64,000 nucleotides of DNA from a virus (IMGVR_UViG_3300024346_010589:18064-82063); one strand, 5' to 3'. Shown: positions 26,390-37,057, counted from the first letter of the stretch. Notes: generated by a model from the sequence alone, not told the origin. Translations and numbers: made by a program.

Positions 26390-27576
26390 GTCATATCGCT
26401 GAAGAATACGCAAAATCACTTGGTGTTAAAATAGGTCAACCTGAAATCATTGGTCACTTCTACCCAATACCTTCTGAGAAATTTATAACGTTCCACACTA
26501 ACAACACTAAATCTCCAGCAAGACATTATGATTATTGGGCCGTAACTATACAAATGATTAAACCCTTCTTAAAAAAAGAAGGAATAGATATAATACAAAT
26601 AGGCGGAAAAGATGATGTCGTACTAAATGATTGCGATTTTAATTTACTAAATTGTTCATTCAAACAAATGACCTACGTATCCAGTAAGTCGTTACTGCAT
26701 TTTGGTATAGATAGTCTTCCCGTCCATATAGCGAGCTGCTTTGATAAAAAAATAGTATGCCTCTACTCGAACCTTTTCCCAGAATGCTCTGGTCCAATAT
26801 GGAATAAGAAATCACAAGTAAAATTAATTTCTCCTGATTTTTCCGAGATAAAACCATCTCTCTCAAACCATGAATCTGTAAAAAGAGTAAACGAAGTTAA
26901 GCCTGAAGAAATAGGTTGCGCAGTTTTAGATTTATTAAATATCAAGCATGATTTAAATAACCTATATACATTAAATATAGGCAGGCATTTCCATAGTCGT
27001 GTAGTTGAGGCCGTGCCAAACACTATTGCGCCAGAAGGATTCAAACAGTCGTCCTTGATTAATTTAAGGTGTGACTATGGGGCGAATAACGAAGGACTTT
27101 CTTCTTGGCTAAACTACAGGTCTAATTTAATGACTTCAACAAAGATTACATTGGATCACATCAACAAATCCAATATCGTTGCGATGACTTTATTCCTGGA
27201 GGATGGAAACTTCGACAAAGAGTATCTAAATTATTTAAACTCTCTGGGTGTTAAATACTCCTTAATATGCAGGGACTCATCCAAACTATCAGAACTTAGA
27301 TTCAAGTTCTTTGATTGGACTGTTGAGGAATACAAACTGACCCTAAAAAAAGATCTTGACTTCTGTGAAGAAATATGTGATAATACGTTCTATGAAAGCA
27401 ATAAAGTACTTATATGCGATAGTAAAGAATACGCAAGCAAAGCGCACTGGAAAGCTGGAATTACAAACAATAAAGAAAAATCAAAAATCATCGACACTGA
27501 TGACTTTTGGGAAGAAGTAGAACATTTCAACATATATAATCATGGTAAAAGCAAAAAAAATCGAAACAGAGTCTGA
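26386..27576 (+). CDS. GT9-like glycosyltransferase C-terminal half plus extension
   Basis: Starts at HIAEEYAKSLG; FITFHT, HYDYW, IIQIGG and HFGIDSLPVHIASCFDKKIVCLY. It lacks the N-terminal GD motif. Confidence 0.7.
   Translation: MSHIAEEYAKSLGVKIGQPEIIGHFYPIPSEKFITFHTNNTKSPARHYDYWAVTIQMIKPFLKKEGIDIIQIGGKDDVVLNDCDFNLLNCSFKQMTYVSSKSLLHFGIDSLPVHIASCFDKKIVCLYSNLFPECSGPIWNKKSQVKLISPDFSEIKPSLSNHESVKRVNEVKPEEIGCAVLDLLNIKHDLNNLYTLNIGRHFHSRVVEAVPNTIAPEGFKQSSLINLRCDYGANNEGLSSWLNYRSNLMTSTKITLDHINKSNIVAMTLFLEDGNFDKEYLNYLNSLGVKYSLICRDSSKLSELRFKFFDWTVEEYKLTLKKDLDFCEEICDNTFYESNKVLICDSKEYASKAHWKAGITNNKEKSKIIDTDDFWEEVEHFNIYNHGKSKKNRNRV
27356..27384 (+). promoter_or_regulatory. Possible internal sigma70-type promoter for the downstream SSAP-like gene
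   Basis: TTGACT-17 nt-GATAAT with TGn, inside coding sequence. Confidence 0.35.
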
Positions 27577-28333
27577 GATAGACAACTCCATAGGGCCTTC
27601 GTTATTCAACAGGGACGAAAACGGTTTACTAAAAAACATACAATACGTCTTTAACGAAGATGGCTCCGTTAACTGGAGAGCGATGATAAAAGAAGAACAT
27701 TTATTCCCAAACAAACTTTGGTTTCAGGCTAGAAATAAAGACATGCCAAGATCAATAGAAGGTTTAAAAGATAACCAACTTTTAATAAAACTTAGCGGAA
27801 TCAAAGAGCTTGCCAGGCTAAGGGGGTTCTCAAGCATATCCTACTCTATGGATAAGTGTGAAGATGATCATGTTGCAGTTACTTGTAGTACTGTTTTTAT
27901 ACCCAATTACGAAACAGGAAACGATCCAGTTTCATTTCAAGACATGGCAAATGCAAGTACAAAAAACACAAGTAGTTTTGCTACCAAATTTCTAGAGACT
28001 ATAGCGTGCAACAGGTCTTTTGTCAGATGCGTTAGAAACTTCCTAAATGTACATATTGTTGGAGACGACGAGATTGACAAATCAAACCCAAATGGACCTT
28101 CCCATCAAGATTCTTCTAAAAAAAGTGACCCATTTAGTCCTGTAACCACATTGAAGAATAGGGTGAAAAGCATTCTTTCCGTTGAATCGTTTGAAGAGTT
28201 TAAGCCTTTTATCAAAAAATGCTGGCAAGAAAAAAAAGAAGGAATCTACCAAAATAAAAATATAGAATCCTGGAAAGACTGGGACGACATCTCAGTCAAA
28301 GACGCCAAGATACTTATAAGCTTAATATCTTAA
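27542..28333 (+). CDS. Putative Rad52/Sak-like single-strand annealing protein
   Basis: IKLSGIKELA...A.A.....LETIACNRSFVRCVRNFLNV..DDEI resembles the SSAP AxxRAxxRAxR...EE signature; lies near ssb. Confidence 0.5.
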   Translation: MVKAKKIETESEIDNSIGPSLFNRDENGLLKNIQYVFNEDGSVNWRAMIKEEHLFPNKLWFQARNKDMPRSIEGLKDNQLLIKLSGIKELARLRGFSSISYSMDKCEDDHVAVTCSTVFIPNYETGNDPVSFQDMANASTKNTSSFATKFLETIACNRSFVRCVRNFLNVHIVGDDEIDKSNPNGPSHQDSSKKSDPFSPVTTLKNRVKSILSVESFEEFKPFIKKCWQEKKEGIYQNKNIESWKDWDDISVKDAKILISLIS

Positions 28334-31300
28334 GCTTGTGGTGTCACAAACTTGTATGGATGCCCTTGTGGCAGTTTACTAGACGTGCCCCACTTGTGAG
28401 CTAAATATCCTTCCATCTTTTCTTGGACTGAAGAGTCTTCAAAGAATACGAGCTCGGCAATGTATCCATTGATTGATTGATCCTCTCCCTCATTGGCTCC
28501 AACATTAAGTGATGAAAATGGATTGGTGCCAATGTTCCCTGAACTTTCAACTTCCCCGTCAATCCTGATACTAGAATTACTTCCGTTAAATTTCACAACA
28601 ATTAAAAGATCCTCTCCCTCATTGGCAGTGTTTGGGCCTGAGCCAAGGGCGATATTTGAACCTGTTCCACTGCCCCCTAATACTTGAATTGAATTGAAGC
28701 CAACTGTCCTCCTTGCAGACATTCTATTACCAGGCACAGTACTTTCAGTGCCAGCAATAATGAAATCCTGCTGGTTATTTATATTGCATTTGAAAATTAC
28801 GGCAAAGTATAATGCCTTGGAGTTTTGATCGTATGCAAAAGAATTATTCTCAAGCACCTGGGCAGGTAAGTCCCAAGTTAGTACATTTAAATTATTAAGT
28901 GTCTCTACGCCCGTCTTGGGTCCAACTTTATTGGCGGTTAATACATTTAAGTGGAATCCATTGTCTGACTTATCGTCAACTTGAGACACGACTCCAGCAG
29001 ATTCCGTTATGGTGGATATGTCGCTTGCGTCGTACCACGCAAATAAAGAAGCCACAGTGGGACTCCATGGTTTAAATATAAACTCTCTAGTCTTAGTATT
29101 TCCGCTAGCAGATCTAACATAAAGAGAGTATCCATCGCTTGGAGGTATTTCTGTAAATAAAAACGACACATCCTTGGTGCTGGCTTTTCCAACTACCATT
29201 GCCCCTAAATAAGACATCGTTTCGTCTCCACCATCATACTCAATACCAAATGTAACTATCGGCGCATATTCATGTTCGAATGGAAATTTAACTTTTATGT
29301 AATTCTGATTGGCGGCTCTCATTCCATCAAGATTCACAATGGTAATTTGATCATTCTGTATTAACTTTATTGGGTCTTCAGGGTTTCCGCCTTCAGCTTC
29401 AGCTATGATTTTATTAGCGTCCGCTAAAACTCCAGTTCCAATTGTATCAAATGGCAATATCTGAAAAAATCCAGGAGGATTATCTCCGTCTTCATTGTAT
29501 GAGAAATTCACTCCAGATTGTAATACCTCTATAGTTCCATCTCCTGGTTGATCTTCTTTAAAGGATTTGTATAAATTGTCGTCAGAAATAGAAAATCCAT
29601 AAGAGTCTCCTGTATAGAGGTTTGCCTGGATTAAATTGTAATTTGTTTGGTCTCCCTGCTGCAACCCAGACTCATAATAATGATCTTCAAAGTTGTATTG
29701 AAAATTTATATCTAAACTCCCTGATAATCCAGTTAATTCATTTATTTCTACTGGTCTAGATTCAGCTTTAAATCCTGTGGTATATATTAAATAATCATCA
29801 CTATCTCTCTTTATGTCTAATTTTAAATGAGCCTCTCTTGTTTTTTCGTATCCACTTCCTGCATATTTATATATATGAGTTCCGCTTGAGTTTGTCCAAC
29901 ACCAATACTCCCCTACATCATTTATTTCCAGCCTTGAGCTTTCCGTTCCTCCAGTTATGTTTGTTATCTGTATGTCTCTACTTTGCTCCTGATCTATGTT
30001 TATACTTTCAAGGAATGATTGATTGCTAAAATCCTCAGAGAACAAACTAGTCATAACCCCAACCTTGTTCCGCCTTAACCCTAGCCATCCAATCCCTCCG
30101 CTAATTTCAGAAATCTTAGTCAATTGGGATTTATTCATTATCACCGCAGGCATGCGCCCTATCGAATTAAGATAAGAGGCTCCCTGCTCGTAACTCTTTT
30201 GAAAATTAACTCCATCATGATACTGTATATCATAACTATTCGGGTTGTTTACAGGGATAGAATATATTCCCCTAGTCTCCAGTATTCCAGATTTTATTTC
30301 TTCGTTACTAGCGCATTTAAATTTATTTTCATAAGGGTCGTAATATCCATAGTTGTAAATTCCTCCTGATATTACGCCACCTCCATTATCCTTTGAAACG
30401 TATCCAGTATACTTAGGAAAAGATTCAGCCCAATATTCTCCCGCTCCACTTCCATATGTTCCAGATCCAGTAAATCCTACTCCAGTTATAGTTGCTACAT
30501 CTTTTAATTCTCCAGTATTAAAACCCTCCTGAATTGGCAGTGAATTATCGTATGTATATTCAATCCCAGTATTATTATAATTGTAAGTCGCATCAAAGGC
30601 AACCCCGCTATCATAAAATATTTCACCATCATAACCAAGTACTGAACCTGTTGTCTGACCTGTTCCTGTCACACCGTAGCAAGTTGTCATTAAATCACTG
30701 CCAGTGTTGTAATTCAAATCAAATGTATAGCGATATGCATCGCCACCAGATATTCTGTAGCCATTAATGTTTCTTATTGCTGGGTTGTAATCTATCAGTA
30801 ATGGTTGCTCAGGGTTCCCCACAAGCCCGCTAAACCCAACTCCTGTAATGTATTCTTGAGGCTTAAAAAATCCAGATACATCCCCATAATAATATAAATC
30901 CCTAGGAACTGACATTACGTAATTGTTAGCGCCTGGCGTTAGCTCTATTGATGCAAAACCATTATTACCTGTCTCTGATCTTATAGCTTTACTTTTATCC
31001 GGAAAAGTACCATTTTCGAATCCAGTAAAATTATAAAGCTCTAAATACCTAAGGCCGTTTGCTATGCTTGATCCATTTTCTCCAGTTAATCCACTATAAC
31101 TGCAATCAAAAACTCCCATATCAACTCCGGTTGATAAAATAGAATAATTAGGCATCGGGTTCTGCGTGGTTAATATTGCCCTATTCTTGTTGCCTGTAAA
31201 ATCTGTTAATATTATCTCTACAGAATAATTTCTACTATAGCTATCTCCTGTTATTTCATAGTTTAAAGTATTACCCAATAGGCCTGACTCAGAAAACACT

Positions 31301-31641
31301 TTAGTTCCATTATCTATAGCGTTTTGTCCTGTTAAATTTCCGTAGTTTTCATATATATTTACATCGAAACCACTTATGTATACATTCTTCTCTATGTCTG
31401 ATGGGTTTTTATATATGTAGTCGTTCCTTGGATCGGTTACCTCCCATTCTAAATTCAGGCTTGAGGTCTGAAAGTTCTGCTTATAATAAGATGTTGAGTC
31501 AGAAGACGGTTGCAAGTCCTTTACATCTTGAACTTCGCTAGATGAATTTAAATATATATTCGAAATCCTAAAAGTTTTTCCGTATTTTAACCTGGGATTA
31601 GATAGAGGTATTTGAACTTGACTGGAATTATTGAATGACAT
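28330..31641 (-). CDS. Tail fibre/receptor-binding-like protein with a C-terminal LamG/ConA-like domain
   Basis: Directly after gpJ; G/T/S/Y-rich. FAWYDASD..VSQVDDKS...GYIAELV..MEGYLAHKWG..LP..HPYK forms the C-terminal domain. An internal C-type-lectin-like segment is present (GWLGL..WCW). Confidence 0.7.
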   Translation of the reverse strand: MSFNNSSQVQIPLSNPRLKYGKTFRISNIYLNSSSEVQDVKDLQPSSDSTSYYKQNFQTSSLNLEWEVTDPRNDYIYKNPSDIEKNVYISGFDVNIYENYGNLTGQNAIDNGTKVFSESGLLGNTLNYEITGDSYSRNYSVEIILTDFTGNKNRAILTTQNPMPNYSILSTGVDMGVFDCSYSGLTGENGSSIANGLRYLELYNFTGFENGTFPDKSKAIRSETGNNGFASIELTPGANNYVMSVPRDLYYYGDVSGFFKPQEYITGVGFSGLVGNPEQPLLIDYNPAIRNINGYRISGGDAYRYTFDLNYNTGSDLMTTCYGVTGTGQTTGSVLGYDGEIFYDSGVAFDATYNYNNTGIEYTYDNSLPIQEGFNTGELKDVATITGVGFTGSGTYGSGAGEYWAESFPKYTGYVSKDNGGGVISGGIYNYGYYDPYENKFKCASNEEIKSGILETRGIYSIPVNNPNSYDIQYHDGVNFQKSYEQGASYLNSIGRMPAVIMNKSQLTKISEISGGIGWLGLRRNKVGVMTSLFSEDFSNQSFLESINIDQEQSRDIQITNITGGTESSRLEINDVGEYWCWTNSSGTHIYKYAGSGYEKTREAHLKLDIKRDSDDYLIYTTGFKAESRPVEINELTGLSGSLDINFQYNFEDHYYESGLQQGDQTNYNLIQANLYTGDSYGFSISDDNLYKSFKEDQPGDGTIEVLQSGVNFSYNEDGDNPPGFFQILPFDTIGTGVLADANKIIAEAEGGNPEDPIKLIQNDQITIVNLDGMRAANQNYIKVKFPFEHEYAPIVTFGIEYDGGDETMSYLGAMVVGKASTKDVSFLFTEIPPSDGYSLYVRSASGNTKTREFIFKPWSPTVASLFAWYDASDISTITESAGVVSQVDDKSDNGFHLNVLTANKVGPKTGVETLNNLNVLTWDLPAQVLENNSFAYDQNSKALYFAVIFKCNINNQQDFIIAGTESTVPGNRMSARRTVGFNSIQVLGGSGTGSNIALGSGPNTANEGEDLLIVVKFNGSNSSIRIDGEVESSGNIGTNPFSSLNVGANEGEDQSINGYIAELVFFEDSSVQEKMEGYLAHKWGTSSKLPQGHPYKFVTPQA

Positions 31642-34600
31642 TATGTTAATACTGAATAAACTCTTGCGTAATAAGTACCGTTCTCAACTACTCTTTCGCT
31701 TCTAAATTCGTGCGATATGGTTTCAGCAGTCTTATCGTTAGGCACTTCGAATGTTGCCAGTAGAATGTTTTCGTTAAAGAATTGCACTCTGTAACTTGCC
31801 GCAGCAACAACCATTGACCAAGTAGCCTTTACTCCATATGGTATATTGTCGCCAATATCTTCGCTCAATATTTCTACTGTTATTTCGGAAGGTGGGTCAA
31901 TGCTATTTTCTGTAAATATTACCGGTGACTTTGGTTGCGTTAGTGATAAATCTCTTTCTATATTATCAAACTTGTCTTCGTTGTATTCTAATCCTTGAAT
32001 ATTATATACGCCATTAGAAGATTCCGCTATGTTTAGTATTTTATATTTCTTGGGCTCTGCAAGGTTGACGGAATCTTCCATCATGAAAGTAGTACCCTTA
32101 TTGTCTTTTAAATTAAAAAACGACTCATCAGCTTGTTTTTCCAAAATGTATCCAAGTTTCGTATCCCCACTCAATGTAACCCAATCTCCATGTATTGAAT
32201 TGTTCTCAGAACCACTAACTGCTATAAAAATTTCTCCAGGGAACTCATTATCTGCCGCTATGTCTAATGTGCCTAGAGGGCATATATGATCAGTTTCTAA
32301 GTTTCCTTCTGACGCCAGGTCTGACTCTATTTCTTTTGCCACCCTAGGGTATCCATCAAGCCAGCTAAAAAATGTTATTTCGTTACTGTCGCATTCTTGC
32401 GGTTGATGCCATATAAATTTTTCAGGTATCGGAAGTTCTAAGTAATATCCACCTATCCACGCCATCTCATCTTCTGGCAACATAGCCTGAACCATTACTT
32501 GATCCATTTCGTTGTTTATGGTTGCAAGTATTCCTCCACGCTCTTCTGCATCTTTTAGGGCTTCAACCCAAGTGTACTCACCAGTTACATGACTATATGG
32601 GTTATTAACCAACCTTAGTTTAGTGTCGTTCTCATAAATCTTATTGACCGTGAACTGTTTTATTTGCTCGGCCCTCATGTCTTCTATTTGCTGGTCGGTC
32701 ACTTCCCCTAAATCATCCAATGATTCAATTGTTTGATTTCCTGAGGTGTTATAAATTGTTATTTGCTTCCATGTGTCCTTATCATCTTCTTCTATTATTG
32801 TTCTTATTGGGTAATCGACCATTAGTTCCGCAGTTTTTCCGTCTCCGCTTATTTCAACATCAACTATTTTACCAGCAAACCTACCTATAGTTCTTTTATT
32901 GTCTAAAACATCTATTACATCTCCTGGCTTGAGATAAGATCCAAGCGAGCTGGTAACGAAAGACAATAGTTCTGTTTCCATGTTTGCGCCCTTGACTAAA
33001 AAGTCAGCAGCTCTTTTTGCTTGAGCTTGAGAAGTTATTCCAAACCCATCTATGGTTTGCTCTATGATATTATTCTCTTGTATGGATTTTCTATCTTCAG
33101 AATGTTCCATTTTTGCTCTGAACATATTGTACTTATCTACGTACTTTATCTTACATGAATTAGTTCTGCTTGTTTTCGGCGTACTAGAATAAGAGAATCC
33201 TTCTTTGGATATATTATTGTTAGCAAACAACATTACTGAATCTTTTTTCTGATCCTGAAAGAAGTTGATTGAGCCCCCTGACCAATAAGCAAAAGCTCTA
33301 AATATCGCAGCAAATTCATTTATTAACTTAAAGGCATTTTGGGAGTTCATTAAAAATGCATTCAATGTGTACCTTGGCTCAACCAATGGATAGTCTATTT
33401 CTACAGCGCACTCCCCTGACTCCTGAGCTGGGTTTCTCTCTAGTATTATTTTCTTTCCAGATAATGTTGTTCCAATTATTTTAATAGATTCGCATATTCC
33501 ATGATCGTAGTAAATGGCTAGTTTTTTATTCGTGTGATTATATTCGCTTTGAAAATCCGCATCATCATAAGGGCCCTCTGCGGTTATTGATATGGTATTT
33601 TCTCCGGACAAAGAGAATTTTCTTTTAGGAGTTTTCGAGCTGTAACCAGTCGGAATAAACTCATCGCAATATTTCGCTATCCTGTAAAGAGTCCACCTGT
33701 CTATATTTTCGGGCTTTATTCCAAATTTACCTACTCCATATCTTTTGCTTGATATTAAATCATACAAACACCAGGCCGGATTATCGGTCCAAAGTTTTGC
33801 TTCTTCAGGAACCGGATCATCTTTAGATGCTTGGCCTTCGAATCTTCCATCCCAGTTTCCATTATACCGCCTTGTTTCCGGGTTGTAATTACTTGGGACT
33901 GCTACTTTCTTTAGCTTTAGGTGGTAATTTCTGGTGGGAATAGAGGATACGTCTTTAGCGTTAACTCTTGTTCCTATAACAACTGAGTTAGGATAACTCA
34001 ACTGAACCGGTGTTATTTCAGTTACCCCAGACAATAAAAAAGTCTCCTTGTATCTAGCGGCCTGCTCTCCCTCTTTTACTGGATTCCTTTCTCTATTTAA
34101 TTTGTAAACCTTTACTATCCTATCCTTTCTAGATGGATTCTTTGGTAGATAAATTTTAACATCTTTCCTGTATGAACTCGTGGCTACGCCATAAATGTAA
34201 ATATCGGTAGAGAAAGGAGTCTCTCCTTCGTTTCCGTATTTTATTCTAAACTTCGCTTTGTTTGGCCAAATCTCTCCTGCGTTTTCTATTTTTGTTCCAA
34301 TATTCCATCCATCATCAGGGTTTATAAAGCCTTTTATAACTGTCCAAGCCGCCAGCATTGCAAGCTCCCACGCAGCCGCTGCAGCGTTTTCTCCAGCGAT
34401 AGCTCCTGCACCTGCGGCTAATTGCGGAACCATTGCAGCTGTAGCCATGAGCGCGAATTTAATCGCTGTAGCTGCATAATAGGCCGCTAACAATCCGTGG
34501 TAGATCTGGTATGCAGACATTATCCAAGTCCAAAGTTTTCCTATTTTGTATGTTATCTCTATTGTGTCTCCCTCGTATATATATGATAATTGGTCTATCT

Positions 34601-37037
34601 GAATTGTAACGTACATCTCTTCGACTAATGGATTAATAACCGTGTGACTCACATAGTATTCTTCCTCTGAAGACCTAATTACTGCCTGGTCTGAGGTTCC
34701 AGCTAATAAAAATATTTTAACACGTAAATCGTCCCTCTCTTCTCCTTCTTCTCCTGGACCTCCTGGCCCATTTTTTACATCCTTAACTCCGTTTATTTTG
34801 ATGGATTGCCATAGCCCTTGTATTTGCCCTGGAGTCAATTGAACCTCAGAAGCCCAGTCTTTAGCACTTACCCCTACGTCGTCTGTATTTTGCAATATAT
34901 AAATAGGGTCATTTGTTGTTATTTTCTTGTCGTCACTCCTATCTTTAGCTGAAAGCTGTTTTGTGAAATCTTCAAAACCAAAAGGCCTAGTAAGCTCTGG
35001 ATTTATCTGTATTATTTTTCCTGGAGAATAATCTCCTGTTATTTTATATATTGGTGATGTTGTATTGTTTTCGTCCGACAATTTTTTCATCAAGACCTTG
35101 CCTTGTTGCCCATTGTAGGTCGCCTCTTCATCAAAAAGACCCAAGAAATCACCTGCGTCAGCACCCATTTGGTAATACTCAACCCCTCCATCATGTCTGG
35201 CAGACCTTATTAGGTCTCCATCTTCATAAAACTTATCTTCGTCTATGTTTACGTACTCTCCATAGAAAGTCTGGTATCCATTAATGAGCGGGGTTGTTGT
35301 ATAAAACTCAGCAGCATCACCTGCCCCCACGTAAACTATTTCAGTTTCACTTTCGCTATAATTATGGTTCGCATGCCTACTGAAAGGATTAGCTAGGCTG
35401 GTATTTATTTTGTATGTATATTTTTCTCCAGCACCCTCTTGATATGAAATATAATCTCCCTGCTTGTATGTTTTGTTTTTTTCAAAAGGTTGAAGATTAT
35501 TTGCGTTTTCTATTATGTTATTAGGATTTATTTCTCTTGGTCCGTAAAGTGGCGCGTTAATATCTTTGGTGTTTGCTGAGAATAAATATTGAGGGTCAAG
35601 CAGTGATTGATCATTTGTACCAATAACGCCGCCTCTGCTTTGTCCTATGTCTATGTCAAACTCATTTATATTATATGCGTCCTTAGGTGGAACTGTTCCC
35701 AGGTTTACTTCTTTTACTTGTGCGTCATCCAATATAACCCCCTGAAGATAATCGTCATCGGGATTTCTTAAAAATTTAGGGTCGCTAGGGTCTGTTATTT
35801 TTTTTGATTCTTTATTGAATACTAAAGTTTCTCCGTTTTTATCACAAAGCCCATCAATTGGACCCTCGCAGGCCAAGTCTACAGCTTTATATACAGATGT
35901 TGACTCTAACTTGAACCATCCAACTCCATCATTTTTACTACCATTTCTCCACCTCTGTCCAACTGGTATAGGAAAAAACCCTTCAAATGATTTATCTTTT
36001 CCGGCTATATATTCTATCTCTCCGTCTTCCGCAAAAGATATTGGATAAAATTCTTTTTCTTTAACCTCGTCATCAGGCAGTGGCACGCTTTGAAGGCAAA
36101 CATAAGAACTTGTAGATGCGTCCGATTCTTTTACCTTATAGGTGTTGTCCGCTTTTGATACAGTGGTCCAGTTTCCATCGACTCCTTTCACCCCCATTCT
36201 ATCTATATTGACACCCTTTAACCAGTTATAGTTGTAATAAAAATAACCCGCAACTGCATTGCCAGTTTTCTCCTGTTTCACTGTCGTTACTGACTGCCTA
36301 TAAGTGTCAGCATCTGTATACTGACCATAAATTCCATCATTTGCTCCAAAATAAGTTGTTGGTAGGTTATTTTTTAAAAATTGATAAGCTGGATCAGAAG
36401 CCTTGAAGTCACTACTTCCATCAAATAAATTCAACGCGAATGCAGAAAACAGACAACCCTGAGGCAAGTAGTATTTACTATAACTAGGAACGAGGCTGTA
36501 TAATCCTTTTTTGAAATTAAAAATTTGCCCCTTTTCCGAATCGTAATCATAATTGACAATACATGAAGATATAACATTGCTTCCAATTTTCATTCTGCCA
36601 TAACCAAGAGGCACAGTTGCCCCCTGCTGGTATCTATTATCGGACCCATTGAATAAAAACGATTGAGTTTGCGCAACTAGAGTGCTGTCGTCTCTTTCCA
36701 TTGCTTCCGATATTTTCTTTGAAATATACATGCTTGCGGCGGTCTGAATTGCCATCATGAATAAGCTGCCAACGAATCCTGATCCTTGCGGCATAGGAAA
36801 TATATGTATATCTTCTTTTGTTGGCAATACGTAGTCAACTTGATCTATAAAGTTGTCGCTTTTCTCTTTTTTTATACCATAATGTATTCCTGCTTTTTCT
36901 TTCTTATTAAGGTATGATTCTATTTCTCTATCGTTAGCGAACAGTGCAGACACAGCTTCAGACGGAGAGCTAACGTCTAGCTTCCATTCCTTACCGAACT
37001 TTTTTCCAAGTTCTCCGTACAAAAATACCCTTTTCAT
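31641..37037 (-). CDS. Tail tip protein: fusion of lambda gpI-like and gpJ-like (central fibre/host specificity) with a C-type lectin insert and C-terminal FN3-like domain
   Basis: gpI: VFLYGELGKKFG..SPSEAVSAL and SFLFNG..QGATVPLGYG. gpJ: DLACEGPIDGL, YPNS, VPSNYNP, WTDNPAW and LKPGDVI. Confidence 0.9.
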   Translation of the reverse strand: MKRVFLYGELGKKFGKEWKLDVSSPSEAVSALFANDREIESYLNKKEKAGIHYGIKKEKSDNFIDQVDYVLPTKEDIHIFPMPQGSGFVGSLFMMAIQTAASMYISKKISEAMERDDSTLVAQTQSFLFNGSDNRYQQGATVPLGYGRMKIGSNVISSCIVNYDYDSEKGQIFNFKKGLYSLVPSYSKYYLPQGCLFSAFALNLFDGSSDFKASDPAYQFLKNNLPTTYFGANDGIYGQYTDADTYRQSVTTVKQEKTGNAVAGYFYYNYNWLKGVNIDRMGVKGVDGNWTTVSKADNTYKVKESDASTSSYVCLQSVPLPDDEVKEKEFYPISFAEDGEIEYIAGKDKSFEGFFPIPVGQRWRNGSKNDGVGWFKLESTSVYKAVDLACEGPIDGLCDKNGETLVFNKESKKITDPSDPKFLRNPDDDYLQGVILDDAQVKEVNLGTVPPKDAYNINEFDIDIGQSRGGVIGTNDQSLLDPQYLFSANTKDINAPLYGPREINPNNIIENANNLQPFEKNKTYKQGDYISYQEGAGEKYTYKINTSLANPFSRHANHNYSESETEIVYVGAGDAAEFYTTTPLINGYQTFYGEYVNIDEDKFYEDGDLIRSARHDGGVEYYQMGADAGDFLGLFDEEATYNGQQGKVLMKKLSDENNTTSPIYKITGDYSPGKIIQINPELTRPFGFEDFTKQLSAKDRSDDKKITTNDPIYILQNTDDVGVSAKDWASEVQLTPGQIQGLWQSIKINGVKDVKNGPGGPGEEGEERDDLRVKIFLLAGTSDQAVIRSSEEEYYVSHTVINPLVEEMYVTIQIDQLSYIYEGDTIEITYKIGKLWTWIMSAYQIYHGLLAAYYAATAIKFALMATAAMVPQLAAGAGAIAGENAAAAAWELAMLAAWTVIKGFINPDDGWNIGTKIENAGEIWPNKAKFRIKYGNEGETPFSTDIYIYGVATSSYRKDVKIYLPKNPSRKDRIVKVYKLNRERNPVKEGEQAARYKETFLLSGVTEITPVQLSYPNSVVIGTRVNAKDVSSIPTRNYHLKLKKVAVPSNYNPETRRYNGNWDGRFEGQASKDDPVPEEAKLWTDNPAWCLYDLISSKRYGVGKFGIKPENIDRWTLYRIAKYCDEFIPTGYSSKTPKRKFSLSGENTISITAEGPYDDADFQSEYNHTNKKLAIYYDHGICESIKIIGTTLSGKKIILERNPAQESGECAVEIDYPLVEPRYTLNAFLMNSQNAFKLINEFAAIFRAFAYWSGGSINFFQDQKKDSVMLFANNNISKEGFSYSSTPKTSRTNSCKIKYVDKYNMFRAKMEHSEDRKSIQENNIIEQTIDGFGITSQAQAKRAADFLVKGANMETELLSFVTSSLGSYLKPGDVIDVLDNKRTIGRFAGKIVDVEISGDGKTAELMVDYPIRTIIEEDDKDTWKQITIYNTSGNQTIESLDDLGEVTDQQIEDMRAEQIKQFTVNKIYENDTKLRLVNNPYSHVTGEYTWVEALKDAEERGGILATINNEMDQVMVQAMLPEDEMAWIGGYYLELPIPEKFIWHQPQECDSNEITFFSWLDGYPRVAKEIESDLASEGNLETDHICPLGTLDIAADNEFPGEIFIAVSGSENNSIHGDWVTLSGDTKLGYILEKQADESFFNLKDNKGTTFMMEDSVNLAEPKKYKILNIAESSNGVYNIQGLEYNEDKFDNIERDLSLTQPKSPVIFTENSIDPPSEITVEILSEDIGDNIPYGVKATWSMVVAAASYRVQFFNENILLATFEVPNDKTAETISHEFRSERVVENGTYYARVYSVLT

Positions 37038-37057
37038 CCTTTTTTCCTTATGTATAT

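Noticed and set aside
29860-32600. Diversity-generating retroelement targeting the C-type lectin domains
   Set aside because: No reverse transcriptase and no TR/VR repeat pair seen in the window.
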